Positions 1-12,599 of a DNA stretch of 64,000 nt are shown here, one piece after another; position 1 is the stretch's first letter; every line of letters begins with the position of its first letter. The stretch comes from Camelus ferus (Eukaryota): positions 90,956,001 through 91,020,000 of the forward strand of contig NC_045697.1 of the NCBI RefSeq assembly GCF_009834535.1, in the 5' to 3' direction. Under the pieces are notes generated by a model. It did not search any database, was not told the origin of the DNA, and saw only the letters and a program-made list of their open reading frames with translations. The position numbers and the translations under genes are program-made.

Positions 1-742
1 GAATCACCCTGTCTAAGGAGGAACAGCTAACAGAAGTGAGCCATTCCCAAAGTTTGTCCTTGAGGGCAGAAACTGTCTCGCACTTCTCTGTTGCCTCAGT
101 GCCCAACACAGTGCCTGACATGAAGTAGGAACATAATAAATTTCTTCATATGAATTAACTGCAATTTCAAATAAGGAGAAACTCTAGATTTTGACCCTTT
201 AAAAAGATTCACTTATGGTAAAATCTCCACCCCAATTCATGATGATAAAGACATTTCACTTTTTAAAAACACATATAATAGACAAAATCCAAACAGCCTA
301 CTTTTCTATATCAAGAATTTGGTTACATAAATTATAGCACATTACTTTAATGGAATGGTATATAGCTATCAAAAAGAATGAGGCAACTCTACATGTACAG
401 GCACAGAAAGAAGTCCATGACATATTAACTAAAAAAAGGAATTCAGAAGAGTATATAGTATGACTTGCTCTGAATTAAAAAAGAATATACACATACACAC
501 ATTTTACCCATGTTTGTATATGCATTGAAAAACATCAGGAAGAATACAGACCAAGTACTTAACAGTGGCAATGTTTCTGGGGAGGAGAGAATTCTACTTC
601 ATACAATTGGTTAAGTCTGGCCATTTAAAAAATGATTTTTATAATACAAATCTTTTAAGGGTTAATTTTGTCTTCATCTTAGGCCGCAGAGAGAGGACCA
701 CTTAAATTTCCTGTTTAAAATGTTTTAAGAATTACACATGGT

Positions 743-890
743 GGGGGGAGGGTATAGCTCAGTGGTAGAGTGCATGCTTAGCACACACGAGGTCCTAGGT
801 TCAATCCCCAGTACCTCCATTTAAAACAAACAAACAAACAAACAAACCTAATTACCCCCCCCAAAAAACACAAAAATCCCCTTAAAAAAA
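743..890 (+). mobile_element. tRNA-derived SINE (camelid Vic-1-like)
   Basis: GGGGAGGGTATAGCTCAGTGGTAGAG (A box) ... GGTTCAATCCC (B box), followed by an (AAAC)n/A-rich tail. Partial target-site duplication CACATG on both sides. Confidence 0.85.
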
Positions 891-3800
891 TCACATGCTA
901 ATAAACAAGATTTCTAAAATAACATAATTTTACAAAAGAAAATACTGTTTTCCTGAGTCTTAAAGTTATCCATATATGACAAAGGTAATTTAGAGAAAGT
1001 AATTTAAAAACCAGATTTACTGGTTTAACTATTATGAGCAACAGAGTAGTCAATAAGAGAGCTTATTGTCCAGTTAACAGAATAAAGTATTTTCTAATAA
1101 GTATACAAGTTAAAAAAAAAGGAAATTCCTTGATTTTTAAATGAGCAAAATAATATTTATAGCCATATTCATATTTGAAAGCACTTAGGAAATTGAAAGT
1201 TATGTGTCAGAAAACTGTCTCTTTAAGAATAGAATTCAAGAATTTACTTGGAAAAAAATCTTAACTTTTATGAGCATTAATTTGAACTTCAGAAATTACT
1301 ATGCCATAAAGTTCTCTGAAAAGTTTATTGCATGAAATCAGAAGTGGCATTAGCAACAAATTTAAAAATATATTTTAAAATATCTTTTTATCTAAATAAA
1401 TATATTAATATCTAACATTAGATGTTACCTAAAATAAAGGTAATACTTCTAGTAACATACTTTTTTATTTTGCTTTTCCAATCTTAATTATTTTCCATAC
1501 TGCTACTTAATATTAGGTGACTATCACAATTAACATTTAATAGTTATATATTTTCCCACTGAATGGCTATACCTATAATTTATTTAACCATTCTCCTATT
1601 AATATAAACTTAGGCTACCATTTTATATGTTTAAACTTGTCTTCTATATAAGAAAATGGGACACTTTCAATTAACAATTGGGCAACATTTACAGCTTTCA
1701 AACTTTGCCCATTATCTCAACTGGCATTCAAAAGGGTATGATGAAACATTTAAGAGAAAGAAACTCAATACTGTTTGTATTTACAGAGTAAAATCTGAAG
1801 ATCTTTCATTGGAGTTGATTATTTTGGAGAAACATTAACTTTTAAAACTAAGCAAGGACATCATACACACACACACACACACACACACAACTAGTGCGAT
1901 TTTTTTTTCTTGAGAAACAACAAAAAAAATCTTTGAACATTATATAGGCTCTTAATGCTGATTGAATCAGTGCTTACAAACTTAAAACAGTGAATCAAAC
2001 ACACAAAAGGAAAAATAAAACTGATCAGGGTTATGAATACCTACAAATGTAAAATGAGAATTTCAACTTTGTCGAGCATTTCCTAGCATTCTGACTCCTC
2101 TCACAGTATTGCAAAGTGGAAGGGACAGTTTTTGCCTTCCCTATTTGGCAGATGAACAGGAGCAGAGGCATTCAGTGACATGCCTAAAATTACTGACAGA
2201 ATTGGGAAGTACTATTTTCTACTTTTCTAACTTCGCCCAACACAGTACATTTTGAGAAAACTTAACACAAACCCAAAGATGGAATGACAACCCTGAAAAC
2301 TGAAGCATTTCACTAATCAACAAAACTTCAGGTGAATGGCTAGTTTAGAATACCTGTTAAATCAAAATGGAAGAGCATGAACAAAAAAGGTGTAGGAGAC
2401 ATCAACAGCTTTTCTTAGCGCTGTGTTGTAATATTTCCCTCCTTGGCCTACAAAAGTCAGTCTACTTCAGGACACTTGAGAGTATCAACCATGAAGCACA
2501 TCCAAATGGTAAAAAGGAGAGAGAAAAAAGATGGTCATTATAAAAATAGGAGTCAGAAAACCCTCCATCTTTCAGTATAGTAATATACCAGCACATTCTC
2601 TAGCAAAATTCTCCATCAGCTCCCCTAGGGAAGTCTCAACATTGAATGATGTAAAAACAAAACTTTATAAAACATGTTCTTTTTTTGGCTTGGTAAGAGT
2701 GAACTTGAATCAACAGTTAATAATCCAAGGCTAATTCTAGAGAAAATGATGTTTTGTTAACTGTTGAATAGAAAAGAATGATTCAATGATTAACATATTT
2801 CCCCACTCTCTAAACTATATTAAGCTGTCCTCTCCACATGTTTTGAATTTCCCTCAGGAAGCATTAACTTCTGAAAAGGGTTTTTTGAAAACAGTTTTCT
2901 TTGCTTTTTCCCATGAGACCATAAAGAAAATAATATTAAGAACTATAGTTGGAAAAGGATGGGTTACTCAGAGAAAGGATTTGAAGTCTAGTTAAAGCAT
3001 ATTTCTCTGCATTCCTAACACAATCAGAAGCATATCTGAGAAGTCAGTAATACTTCTTTTCACTACCTACCCCCTTAACATAACAAACCTAAATGTTACT
3101 GATTCTAATATTTTGCTAACTATACTTGGCTATCCATAATAACAGAGCTACTCAAGAAAAGCAAATTTTAAATGGTATTAGGTCTTTAGGTATGATATAA
3201 TTTTTTAAAAAGCTAGCTTATATAAACTAATCAGATTATTTTGACTATTAAGGCTCATTTAGACATTAACATTTCAGTAATAACTAAGAGAATCATACTC
3301 TTGCTTTATCAAAGACTAAAATATAATGCTGAAAAGTACTTATATAACAAATATTCTAGGACATCATTTTAAAGATAAATCTTATTTCTAAGATATTGTT
3401 AAATATACCAAAATGACATTATACTAGTTAGAATTCAGATTTCATTAATAGTTTTAAGAGTTAGTACAACTTATGGTACAGATTTTTAAAGTTCAGAAAT
3501 CAATAAGTCTACCAGTTAGTGCATCCTCAAACTGCTTTCTTTAATACAATCAAGTACAATAGGGTGACACAAGTTTAATGAGCAGAAACTTGCAGGAGGA
3601 AGTAAATATTTAATATGTATAACAGATAATTTTGTAACTATTAGAGTGATTATCTAATTTTTTCTACCTCACTAAAATGAAAACTGAACCCTGAACAAAA
3701 GAATGAGATGCAAGAAATGACAGTGAATAAAGAAAATGATAATTATATTGGTAAATCTAAATGAAGACTATTTTTAAAAAGTTACTAATTTAACTAATTT

Positions 3801-5835
3801 GGGGATAGAGTTTGAAAAACCACAGTAAAACCAAGTCTAGTTGTAATAACAGAAAAAATAGAATGCATCCAAATCAATAGGGCAGAAAAAGTGGATGAAA
3901 AGTATCAGTCTGGGAAGGAAAAAAGGTGGGGAAAAAAGGCAAAGAAAAGTATGACAAAGAGAAATTACTAAATAAGAGGGCAGAAATAAATCTAAATATA
4001 CTAGCAGTGACAAAACATATAAACTGATTAAACTAAGTTGTTAAGACACTATTGATTTTAAATTTAATGAAAAAAATCCAGCTATGTTATTCATAAGGGA
4101 AAAGTAAAATACAGATTGGCTGAAAGTAAAAGGATGGAAAAAGAAACACTGAGGTAATACTAATCAAACAAAGGCTGAAGTCAAATCTGAAAATCAGTAC
4201 CAGTGATAAGGATGTTTATTCCTTTGCTCATTAACACAGTGTTGTCAGTTCTAGATCTAGTGCTAGAAAGCTTCAAAACACTTAAACACCCAACCTCTCT
4301 CTGTATAGCTGGCTCCTTCAGGTTTTTGCTTAAATATCCACTCCTACTTTCTTGACAGACTAATATACATAAGGTACCTTTCTTAACCATCTAAAGTCCT
4401 TTGTTATCCTCTATTATATATCCTGTTCATTTCTTTCACAGCATATTTAATTACAGATTATAATCATCAAATGCTTGTTTATCATCTGCCTTTCTCAAAA
4501 GACCAGAAACTCCATAGGGTAGAGAGGCATGTTTTGAAGACTCAGAGAACTCGCATTTCTCAAAACATCTTATTTAGCCAACGATGTAATGAAATTCAGG
4601 CAATTCCTTCTTAGATTTTAAAAGTGGAGATGAAATCCTGTATTAAAGATATTGAGACAGGATGCAGGCTCTCAGAGTACAGTAGTTATTTAGTGATGTC
4701 TGTCACAGGTACATGGGGGAGGAGTGGTCTATGTCACATTGTTAAAAGAACTATTTAAAGAACTTAAATGGCTAACTCCAGATGTTACTAAATCTACTCC
4801 TTCCCTCCAACTTGAACAACATCTTCTGGTCCCATATATGCTTTAAACTATCCTCTTATACTCTGTGTTAGTATTTAATACAAAATTCTCTCATAGATTA
4901 CAAAAAATGAAATGGTATTAAATTCAGAGGAGCTAACCAAGTAGGTACTGTAGAAATAACTAGTATAAATTTGGGCAGAGTATCAAAATTCATTAGAAAA
5001 CTTAGCTCATCCCTTTATCTGACTGATAGGTAATGAATGTGTGTGAGCAATTGCCCTAACAACAAACCCAGCTGGCTTCAAAGCAAGAAACTAGGATGAG
5101 AGGTTAGTGTTAACAGGACATTCAGGAAAGAACAGGTTTGTCTATATGTTGCAAGTCTTGTTTCAGCTGCATTTTGCAAACTTTAAACAAAAGTTAACAT
5201 ATTGAACATAAAGTTAAAAAAGGAGGAAAAACACACGAAAGGTATATGTGCTCCTTTCCCCTACCTCCTAAACAATAAGCATCTCATGGGGGTACTTCTT
5301 ATATACTTTTCTTTCCAGTGGAATTTACAAGGTTATGTTGGAGAAAATACAGAGTTGGTATGTGTCAAAGAATACTCTACATAGGATGAGGGGAAAGCTA
5401 TATATCAAAATATATAAATGTGGATAGACTATTACAAAGGTGGATTGTATCATTTCTTGCCATTTTGAATATATTAAATATGTATTATAATAATGTATTA
5501 AAAAACACTGTTTTGGTAGAGTTCCATTGCAGTAATATTACATCAAATCATTTAAAATTAAACCATCTGTTGGAGTCTTCCTCATCTATTACAACTCTGG
5601 AAATGTGAAATTGTATTATATTGCAACACAGTGAGAGGGGACAGCCTGTGAAGCCAGTTAGACTGGGTTTGATTTCTAGCTTTGCCACTTAGATATGTGA
5701 CTTTGGGAAAAATCTGAGTTTCAGTTTCCACATGTGTAAAATGGAAACATTACTTATCTCCTAGGGCTGTTTGAAGATTAAGTGAGATAATAAACTCAAA
5801 ATGGAGTGTCCTTCTTCTACCTTGACCTTTAGAAT

Positions 5836-6030
5836 CAATGCTGTTGAATACAACTCTCTGGGAAGATGGAGCTACTCTATAAAGTGCACTGTCTAATATG
5901 GTAGCCATGTGGCTACTGAGCTCTTGAAATGTGGCTAGTGTGGGGAACTCAATATTCAATTACATTTACTTTTCATTAATTTAAATTTAAACAGCTACCC
6001 CTGGCTTGTGGCTACCATATCAAACAGCAC
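5836..6030. mobile_element. hAT-Charlie DNA transposon fossil (MER3-like)
   Basis: Characteristic internal palindrome GTAGCCATGTGGCTAC, plus TTGAAATGTGGCTAGTG and TTAATTTAAATTTAAA. Confidence 0.7.
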
Positions 6031-8749
6031 AATATAAAGTTATGAAAGTGTGTTTCTTTGAGGCTTTAAATCTTTATGAGAACCAGGACAGGTCATACAA
6101 AATAACAGCAGTGAGATTCTCTACAAGTTTATCCCAGAATGCAATTTACCTAAAATAGAGTTGATAGGATTTGTTCTCAAATATATCTGGATTTGAATGC
6201 CATGTCTGTGTGACCCAAGCCAATTTACCCCAAATTCCTAAACCTCAGACTCCCCATCTGAAGGACAGGAATATTTACTAACTTCACTGAAGCATTGTGG
6301 AAATGACAAATCAATGGATCTGATGTGGTCAGTGCTTAAGAAACCTGGTTTCTTTTCTCCTCCCATCTTCATTGTTCCTTACATGACCATTCTCCTGGCC
6401 AAGTGCCTGAACTGTTACTAAATTTAATATTGACAAATGTAGTTAATGCCAACTGTTTGCCATTATGTGTTCTCTCCACTAAATTAAACTTATTATTTAA
6501 TTTTTTAAGAACTGGAACTTTAAAAATGTATGCCTAACAAGAACAATATCGTCAACGTCAAAAAAGCCTCACAAAACAATCTTTTAATGCTAAAACCATT
6601 GAGAAATGAGAGTAGATACTGGCTAGGCATTGAAACTAGGTTTTCTGGTTTCCTTTGCTCATTCTTAAGTTGCTAAGAGTCTCAGATAAGGATTATTGCT
6701 TCTGAATTATTTTGCTACAAAACTGCTTGATTGATTTGAGGACAGAAATGAAAATTAAAATCAAAACTCAAGTCCGTTTCGTAGCCAGAAATTTGGCTTC
6801 AGGACTTTTGGAAAAGTGTTATATCGTCTATTGATGTGAAATATCAACATATTCAAGCCCATAAGATGATCTGGTTAACTTTAAGGTACCTTTCAATAAT
6901 AAAATACTCCAGATATCTCTATTAGGTTGTTAATCAAGAAGTACTTAGAATGAAATAACTGAATATCACTCTTAGCCTGCTCATCAGGACCTAGGAGTCA
7001 GTGGAAGCTAACCTAAACTAGCTTCTCTGTTGTTATCTGGGGGGAGGGTGCTAACTGGCTCAAGCCACACAAAGGCTATCTAAATTATAACCATGACTCT
7101 TATCTTAATTTTAAAATTTCTGTTGCAGAACATTTGCCACTGGATGCTGCCAAACTGTCTATGACTGTTTCTTCCTAGCTATTTTCAGATAGTGGCAAGG
7201 CATTATCTATGAAGACTCATATGCTTCTTTGCACTAATACTTCGGTTGCTTCACTGTCAGTTCAGATAGGGGCTACAAAAGCACATCTTCTAGTTGGTTA
7301 AACTCTACGTTAAAAATCTAAATCTGTACACAATTCCTAATCATTGAATATATATACTGTATAAATCCTTGACTAAAAAAAATTAACTACTTGGTCTGTC
7401 CGTTTAAATTTTGTACTTTGGCCCTACCGTGTTATCCCACACGCTCTTAAGTAAACAAACAAAAAAGTATGTTAACCATTTCAGCTGATATGAGTAGGGA
7501 GACATCTGGTTTTCATATTTATATAACCAGAAGCAAATGACTTGGTTGGACTGAATGCAGATATACACATAAAATACAAGCAACTAAGACATATATATAT
7601 TTCAACATGTAGAATCTCCAATTTCTTCTCTCTATTCTTATCAAGAAAGAACAAACCAAAGCAATTCTAAAATATCTTCCAGCACTTCTAACATATCTAA
7701 CCACAAAAATCAGAAGTATATATTTTCAAGTGTCAATACATCTCACTAACAGATTAAATCAACGAGGAAACCAACTTGTTTTTAGATTTGCCAATCCCCT
7801 GGAATTAAGGCTTGGATGTACTCTTTCAAATTAACAGGTCACTCTAGGTTTCTAATTTTGTTGTTTACTTTTTATTGTAGTCACTTTTTTCTAAAGCTTA
7901 GAATAACTACAAAACCAGCATGTACAATGTTGCTCAATTTTACGGTACAACAGGTTCCTTGAGTCTGAACTGAAGTTTATCAGCATAATCTGAAATGTAT
8001 GCTCCAACTACATCGTAAAAGAAGTTTCTAAACCAAGTGCCCTACATAAACAGTTCTATGAAAGCAAAGTTCTAAAAATCTTTAAACTTGCAGAACTGGT
8101 GCATGGGAATAGGAATTCATAGCTTTTTGAAAGTTTTTTTTCTCCTCAGTGAAAACACAATTAAGTCATAATCAACGTGGATTTAGATGCGTGTCTCCCT
8201 ACGACAGAAAAAAAAAAAGGATATAGAAAGAAACCAGATTGGCACGCCTCCTGGGTATATGAGCTCCACCCCCAAAACCCAAAACTCAGGGCGAATAACC
8301 TTGCCAGCAGTTATTAGGAATCTGCATTCTGGTCTGTGTCATCCCACATACACTGTTAGTCTTGGAAAGCATCTCTCCATACCAAAACTGGTTAAAAAAA
8401 AAAAAAAAGAAGACTCTAGAAGTGTTGCTTATATGCCCGGACTTCACAGATTAGAGGGTTGGGACCTGGAACTACGTATACTTAAACGTGGCCTTATGGG
8501 CAGTAGTAGAGGGAAAAGGGAGATCAACGGCAAAAGAAGAGTAAAGAAAGGAAAGCTGTGAATTACAGGGCCTAAAACTTTAGGTCCCTACTTTAGAAAT
8601 CTTGCCTCCCTTCTGCCCCCAACCATCCCAGGAATCAGAAAGCCCAGGAAAGGCTGAGGCGACAACCAAAAGGATTTTGAAAAACTCAGCACAGGAAAAG
8701 GCTGCGAGGAGAAATGGGATGGGAGAAAGATGAAAGCTGGTTCCTGGGG

Positions 8750-10250
8750 CAACACTGGGATCCGACTTTGGGGGGAAACGCCGGAGGTGCCCGAGCTAGG
8801 GTGTGTGTGGGGGGCGGGCCGTTTCAGATGCCGCAGACTAGGCGCGGGGGTCCAGACGTCGAGAAGGCTGGCAAACTAACCCGGTGCCCAGGCACCTCCC
8901 CATCAGAAGGGGGATGCTCTTGAGCTGCAGGGGGTCCTCCCCCTCCCCTTCCAACTCCTCACCCGGGCCGTAGAACTTGCTGCCTTTGGTCACGTCGAAG
9001 ACTTTCCCATTGACCGCGAGCAGGATGCGCTGGTTGCGAGACCCGTCGTACTGGCGCAGCTGCTCCAAGCTGAAGTCCCGCTTCTTCATACGAGGCAGAG
9101 TGGCGGCAGAGCTCTCCTCGCCCGCCCCGGCCCCAGCGCCCAGACCTCGCCGCCCCCAGCGCACCCACAGCCGGTAGGCCCCCAGCAGCACCAGCGCCAC
9201 AAGCGCCACGTTCAGCAGCATCTCCCCGCCCCCCGTCAGAAGCGCCAACGCCGCTGCCGCCCAGCCACCCCCTTCTGCTGCTGCTCCCGCGCTGCCGGGG
9301 CTCTCGCTGCTACCGTCGCTGCTGCTCTCGCTGCCACTCCCTAGGGTGCCTAGCTTCACGTCCCCATCACCCGCCGCCATCACTGCCCGCCAGCGCCTTC
9401 CTCCTCCTCCCCGCCCCCTGCCCTCCCCAACCCCACGGCTGGCCCCGCCCACATGGGCCCTCCCAGCCAATAACGTGAGGGTAGGGGGTGGGGTCAGGCC
9501 GGCTCCCGATTGGGTGTTGACGGGGTAACGTAGTCTTGGATCTCTCCCTTCCCCTCCCTCCTTTTGCAGGCCGCGCTCGCGTGCGACGCCCCGCCCACCT
9601 CGCCCCACACGTCTCTGCTCTCGCCCGTCACCTCCTCTAGTTGAAGGAAAAGAGAGGGGCGGGCCTGAAGAAAAGAAGCTGCGCCGGCCGCGCGCGCGCA
9701 TGGGCGGGACGAGACTACGGCGCGTGCGCGGGTTTCGGGCGCCACGCGCTCTCCTTTCCTCTGCAACCTTTCTGGGAGGCACGCTCCGCCCAGTCCCCTC
9801 GCTGTGCGCGTGCGCCCAGGAATCGCTTCCCTTCCCAGGTTTGGGTTTGCGTCCGCGAACTCCCGCCTCTTCGCTCTCGCTCCTCCCGAGAGCTTGGCGT
9901 GCGCGGAGGCGGCTGCTGAGGCGGGGTCTGCCCTAGCGCCTTTCGGAGGGCGCGGGCTGGTAGTTTACTGGGATCCCGCGACATGGTTTTAACTGCTTTC
10001 GCAAACAGATAAGGGGTGTCTCTCTCTCAACCCCCAGGGCGCCGTCGCGCTTGCCCAGAAGCCCGGAGCGTGGGCGGGCAGGCAAAGCAACTGCCCAGAA
10101 GTTTTGGCGACCAGCTGGAGTCGCCAGACAAGGAGAGAGCGCTCGGAACCCTCACGAGGATTATTTGGCCAAAGGAATGTACGTGCTGTGTGCGCTGACA
10201 CCGAGTAGCCACTCCCCCGTGGTTTTGGCCAAGGCTTGTAGAATTTTCTT
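8750..10250. promoter_or_regulatory. CpG island / PGRMC2 promoter, probably bidirectional
   Basis: Very GC- and CpG-rich against an AT-rich, CpG-depleted background. GC boxes (e.g. CCCCGCCC 9443-9450), CCAAT 9467-9471, ATTGG 9509-9513, CRE-like TAACGTGA 9471-9478, NRF1-like GCGCGCATG (~9694) and TGCGCGTGCGC (~9805). Confidence 0.9.
8963..9380 (-). CDS. PGRMC2: Membrane-associated progesterone receptor component 2, coding part of exon 1 (139 codons + 1 nt; N-terminus, TM helix, start of cytochrome b5-like heme/steroid-binding domain)
   Basis: Translation MAAGDGDVKLGTLGSGSESS...MLLNVALVALVLLGAYRLWVRW...KKRDFSLEQLRQYDGSRNQRILLAVNGKVFDVTKGSKFYGP is recognisably PGRMC2. ATG at 9380-9378. Canonical donor G|GTGAGG follows 8963. 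Confidence 0.97.
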
Positions 10251-10969
10251 TCAGGTTTTTGACTAAAGGTGTCATTATTTCTTAAATCGTAATCTCTGGA
10301 GCGGTAGAGAAGTGGATAGGATATGGTAGTCCTTCTGTTTGCTCATCTAGCTTTATTTACAGTTTCTTTTTGTCTACCTGGGTCTTTTAGAATTTTCTAG
10401 CCTCTTGAGTCCTGAAAATTCCAGCGTACATGTCAGTTCTGAAGCCTCATTCTGGGCCCCTTACCTCACTTACTCATTTGACGTGCTCTCTCCCGCCGTA
10501 GTATTTGTGTCGCTGAGTTTCCCCCATTACCACCCCCCCCCCATCCCGCCTCACCGCTGTGAACTACCCTTGTGGTGAATGAAGGTGTACCGAGGGAGTG
10601 ACAGTTTTCATTTAATCTTGAGCTGATGGGATGAAGGAGAGACGTGGGCAGGCAATGGGGACGTATGGTATGCTTATTGGAGAAACAGCAGATGATCCAT
10701 TTGGGATTTAAGTACTGAAGAGGAGCAAACTCTGGAAAACCAAGGTTGTAGTCTTCATTATCAAGGGATAGGCTTGGACTTCATATTGCTGGTTTTGAAG
10801 GAACCATTGAAGATACGAAGGGGCAAGTGAGAATCAAAACTCTTCACTAGATGGAGTATCTACCAGGTGTGTGAAGCATTGGACTGGGAAAAAAGAATGG
10901 GAAACCAATTAGTAGGCTACCATATTTGTGCAGGAAGTGAGGAACACTGAACTAATGGTGGTTTTAGAG

Positions 10970-11266
10970 CAGGCATCTGTAAGCTTTTCTTTAAAGGGCC
11001 GAGCATTAATATTTTAGGCATTGTTTGTCATAATTACTCACTCTGCTTTGTAGTGAGAAAGCAGCCATAGACAGTTCTTAAAGGAATGAGTATGGCTGTG
11101 TTCCAGTAAAACTGTGGACCCTGAAATTTTAATATAATTTTAGGTATCATGGAATATCATTCTTTTGACTTTTTCAATTGTTTAAAAACGTAAAGACTTT
11201 TTTTTTTTTTTTTTTGCTTTCCAGAGGTACAAAAACAGCCTACAGGCCATAGTTTGCTGACCCTTG
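10970..11266. mobile_element. hAT DNA transposon fossil (MER58-like)
   Basis: MER58-type body (AAAGCAGCCATAGAC, TGGCTGTGTTCCAGTAAAAC, GCCATAGTTTGCTGACCC). 8-bp TSD TTTTAGAG / CTTTAGAG. Confidence 0.8.
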
Positions 11267-11739
11267 CTTTAGAGGCATCTTAAGGCAGAGTGAGCAATAT
11301 TTAATTGGGTGTAAGTGACCATGTATGGTCTGTCCTCCAATCTGGCGTAATTTTGTAAGTGAAAGGAGTCACGATTAATTACACAGGAAGAATAGGAGTA
11401 AAATCAGATTGTCCCACCCAAGTCTCATGAGTGGTCATCCTAAGGTTAAGGTTAATGGTTAATAGAAGTCGAAAACTGCTTTAGGACATGGTAAAAGGAA
11501 ATGGAAGTGCCAATTACGTAAACAGGGAGTTGGGAAGAAACTGGTTTTAGGGAGAAGGTGGCTGTAGCAGTCCTGGGTGTCATATGATTGGGACAACATC
11601 AACAGTCAGGAAGAAGCCATACCAGAGGCTTCACAGAAGTCCACTCCTTATATCTTATTTACCAGAACTAGGTTGCTAGCTAGTCCCTAAAGCAGTAACT
11701 GACAAGGAGCGTGGGACTACCAGGATTGGTAAGTGTTTA

Positions 11740-11920
11740 TCTGGCTTTTGGAAACTTATGCAGGACTGTGGTGTACATTGCTGGACATTTAGCATCTCTG
11801 GTACCTTCCTACTAAATGTCAGAAGCAACCCCAGGCATTGTGACACCAAAAAACCCAACCGTCTTCCACTCCACCCCACACATACTCCCTAGAGAGATGA
11901 GACTGGTTGAGAACCACTGG
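11740..11920. mobile_element. hAT DNA transposon fossil (MER20-like)
   Basis: TTGTGACACCAAAAA and terminal GGTTGAGAACCACTG. Confidence 0.6.
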
Positions 11921-12599
11921 CTTAGACCAATCAGGATTTACCTTGTAACTGAATTATGTGTGTGTAGTTTTCTTTTTCCTGATTAGTTTGGAGGGAAGAG
12001 AGGAATTGAGCAGTATTGAAGTTCTGTTGTCAAGGAAGTAGGGTGGGGAATGTTGGGTAGGTAACTAACATTATCTGCCATGGGAATTAAACCTTTTCTT
12101 TTATACTCTTGATAAAATAAGTAACTCAGCTTCACACTTGAAGCTCTTCTTCTTCTTCCTCCTCCTCCCCCTCCCCTCCTCCTCCTCCTTCTTCTTTTTC
12201 TTTTTTTTTTTTTTTTGAGTCCTCTGGGTAATTTATGCTTATTCTAAGCCCTCTGAACTGGTCTAGGAGGGAGGTCCCCCACCCCCACCCCAATTCTCCC
12301 AGTAGGATACTCTTGCTTTGAATACTGCAGTAACTTTCTGACTGGTGACTTGCTCTGTCTTTCCTCCCTTCCCTTCCATTCCTACATGAAGGGACTTGTC
12401 CTGTATGCTCATTTCCTTTACTCAGTTACTTATGCCCAGGGATGCTCAGCTATCTCAGAAACTCAGTTGGCACTCAGAGGCCTCCCTATATCTACAAGTG
12501 GCTTTCCTGCCTTCCCTTCCCCAGCAAACCTAAGCCATTATTCCCCGATTGACTTGTCATCGCTATGGAAGATGTACCTCTCTAGACCTGATCTTTCTC

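Larger units (their letters stand above)
1..8962 (-). other. PGRMC2: PGRMC2 intron 1 (continues beyond window start)
   Basis: Starts at donor GT 8962-8961. I found no exon 2 sequence (expected to continue ...AGPYGIFAGRDASRGL) within the window. Confidence 0.85.

Noticed and set aside
746..815. tRNA gene
   Set aside because: A/B boxes are followed by a SINE tail and flanked by a TSD, and a second diverged copy lies at 13396-13560. It is a SINE.
8187..8561. 124-aa antisense ORF in PGRMC2 intron 1
   Set aside because: Depends on poly-A runs (poly-K) and has no recognisable family, so it is probably chance.
8838..9782. 314-aa ORF as a complete protein
   Set aside because: Only 9380..8963 is PGRMC2 coding sequence. 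The rest is stop-poor GC-rich promoter sequence and read-through past the splice donor.
8959..10275. Cluster of overlapping short ORFs in the CpG island
   Set aside because: Expected from high GC content; low-complexity R/A/P/G composition with no recognisable domains.
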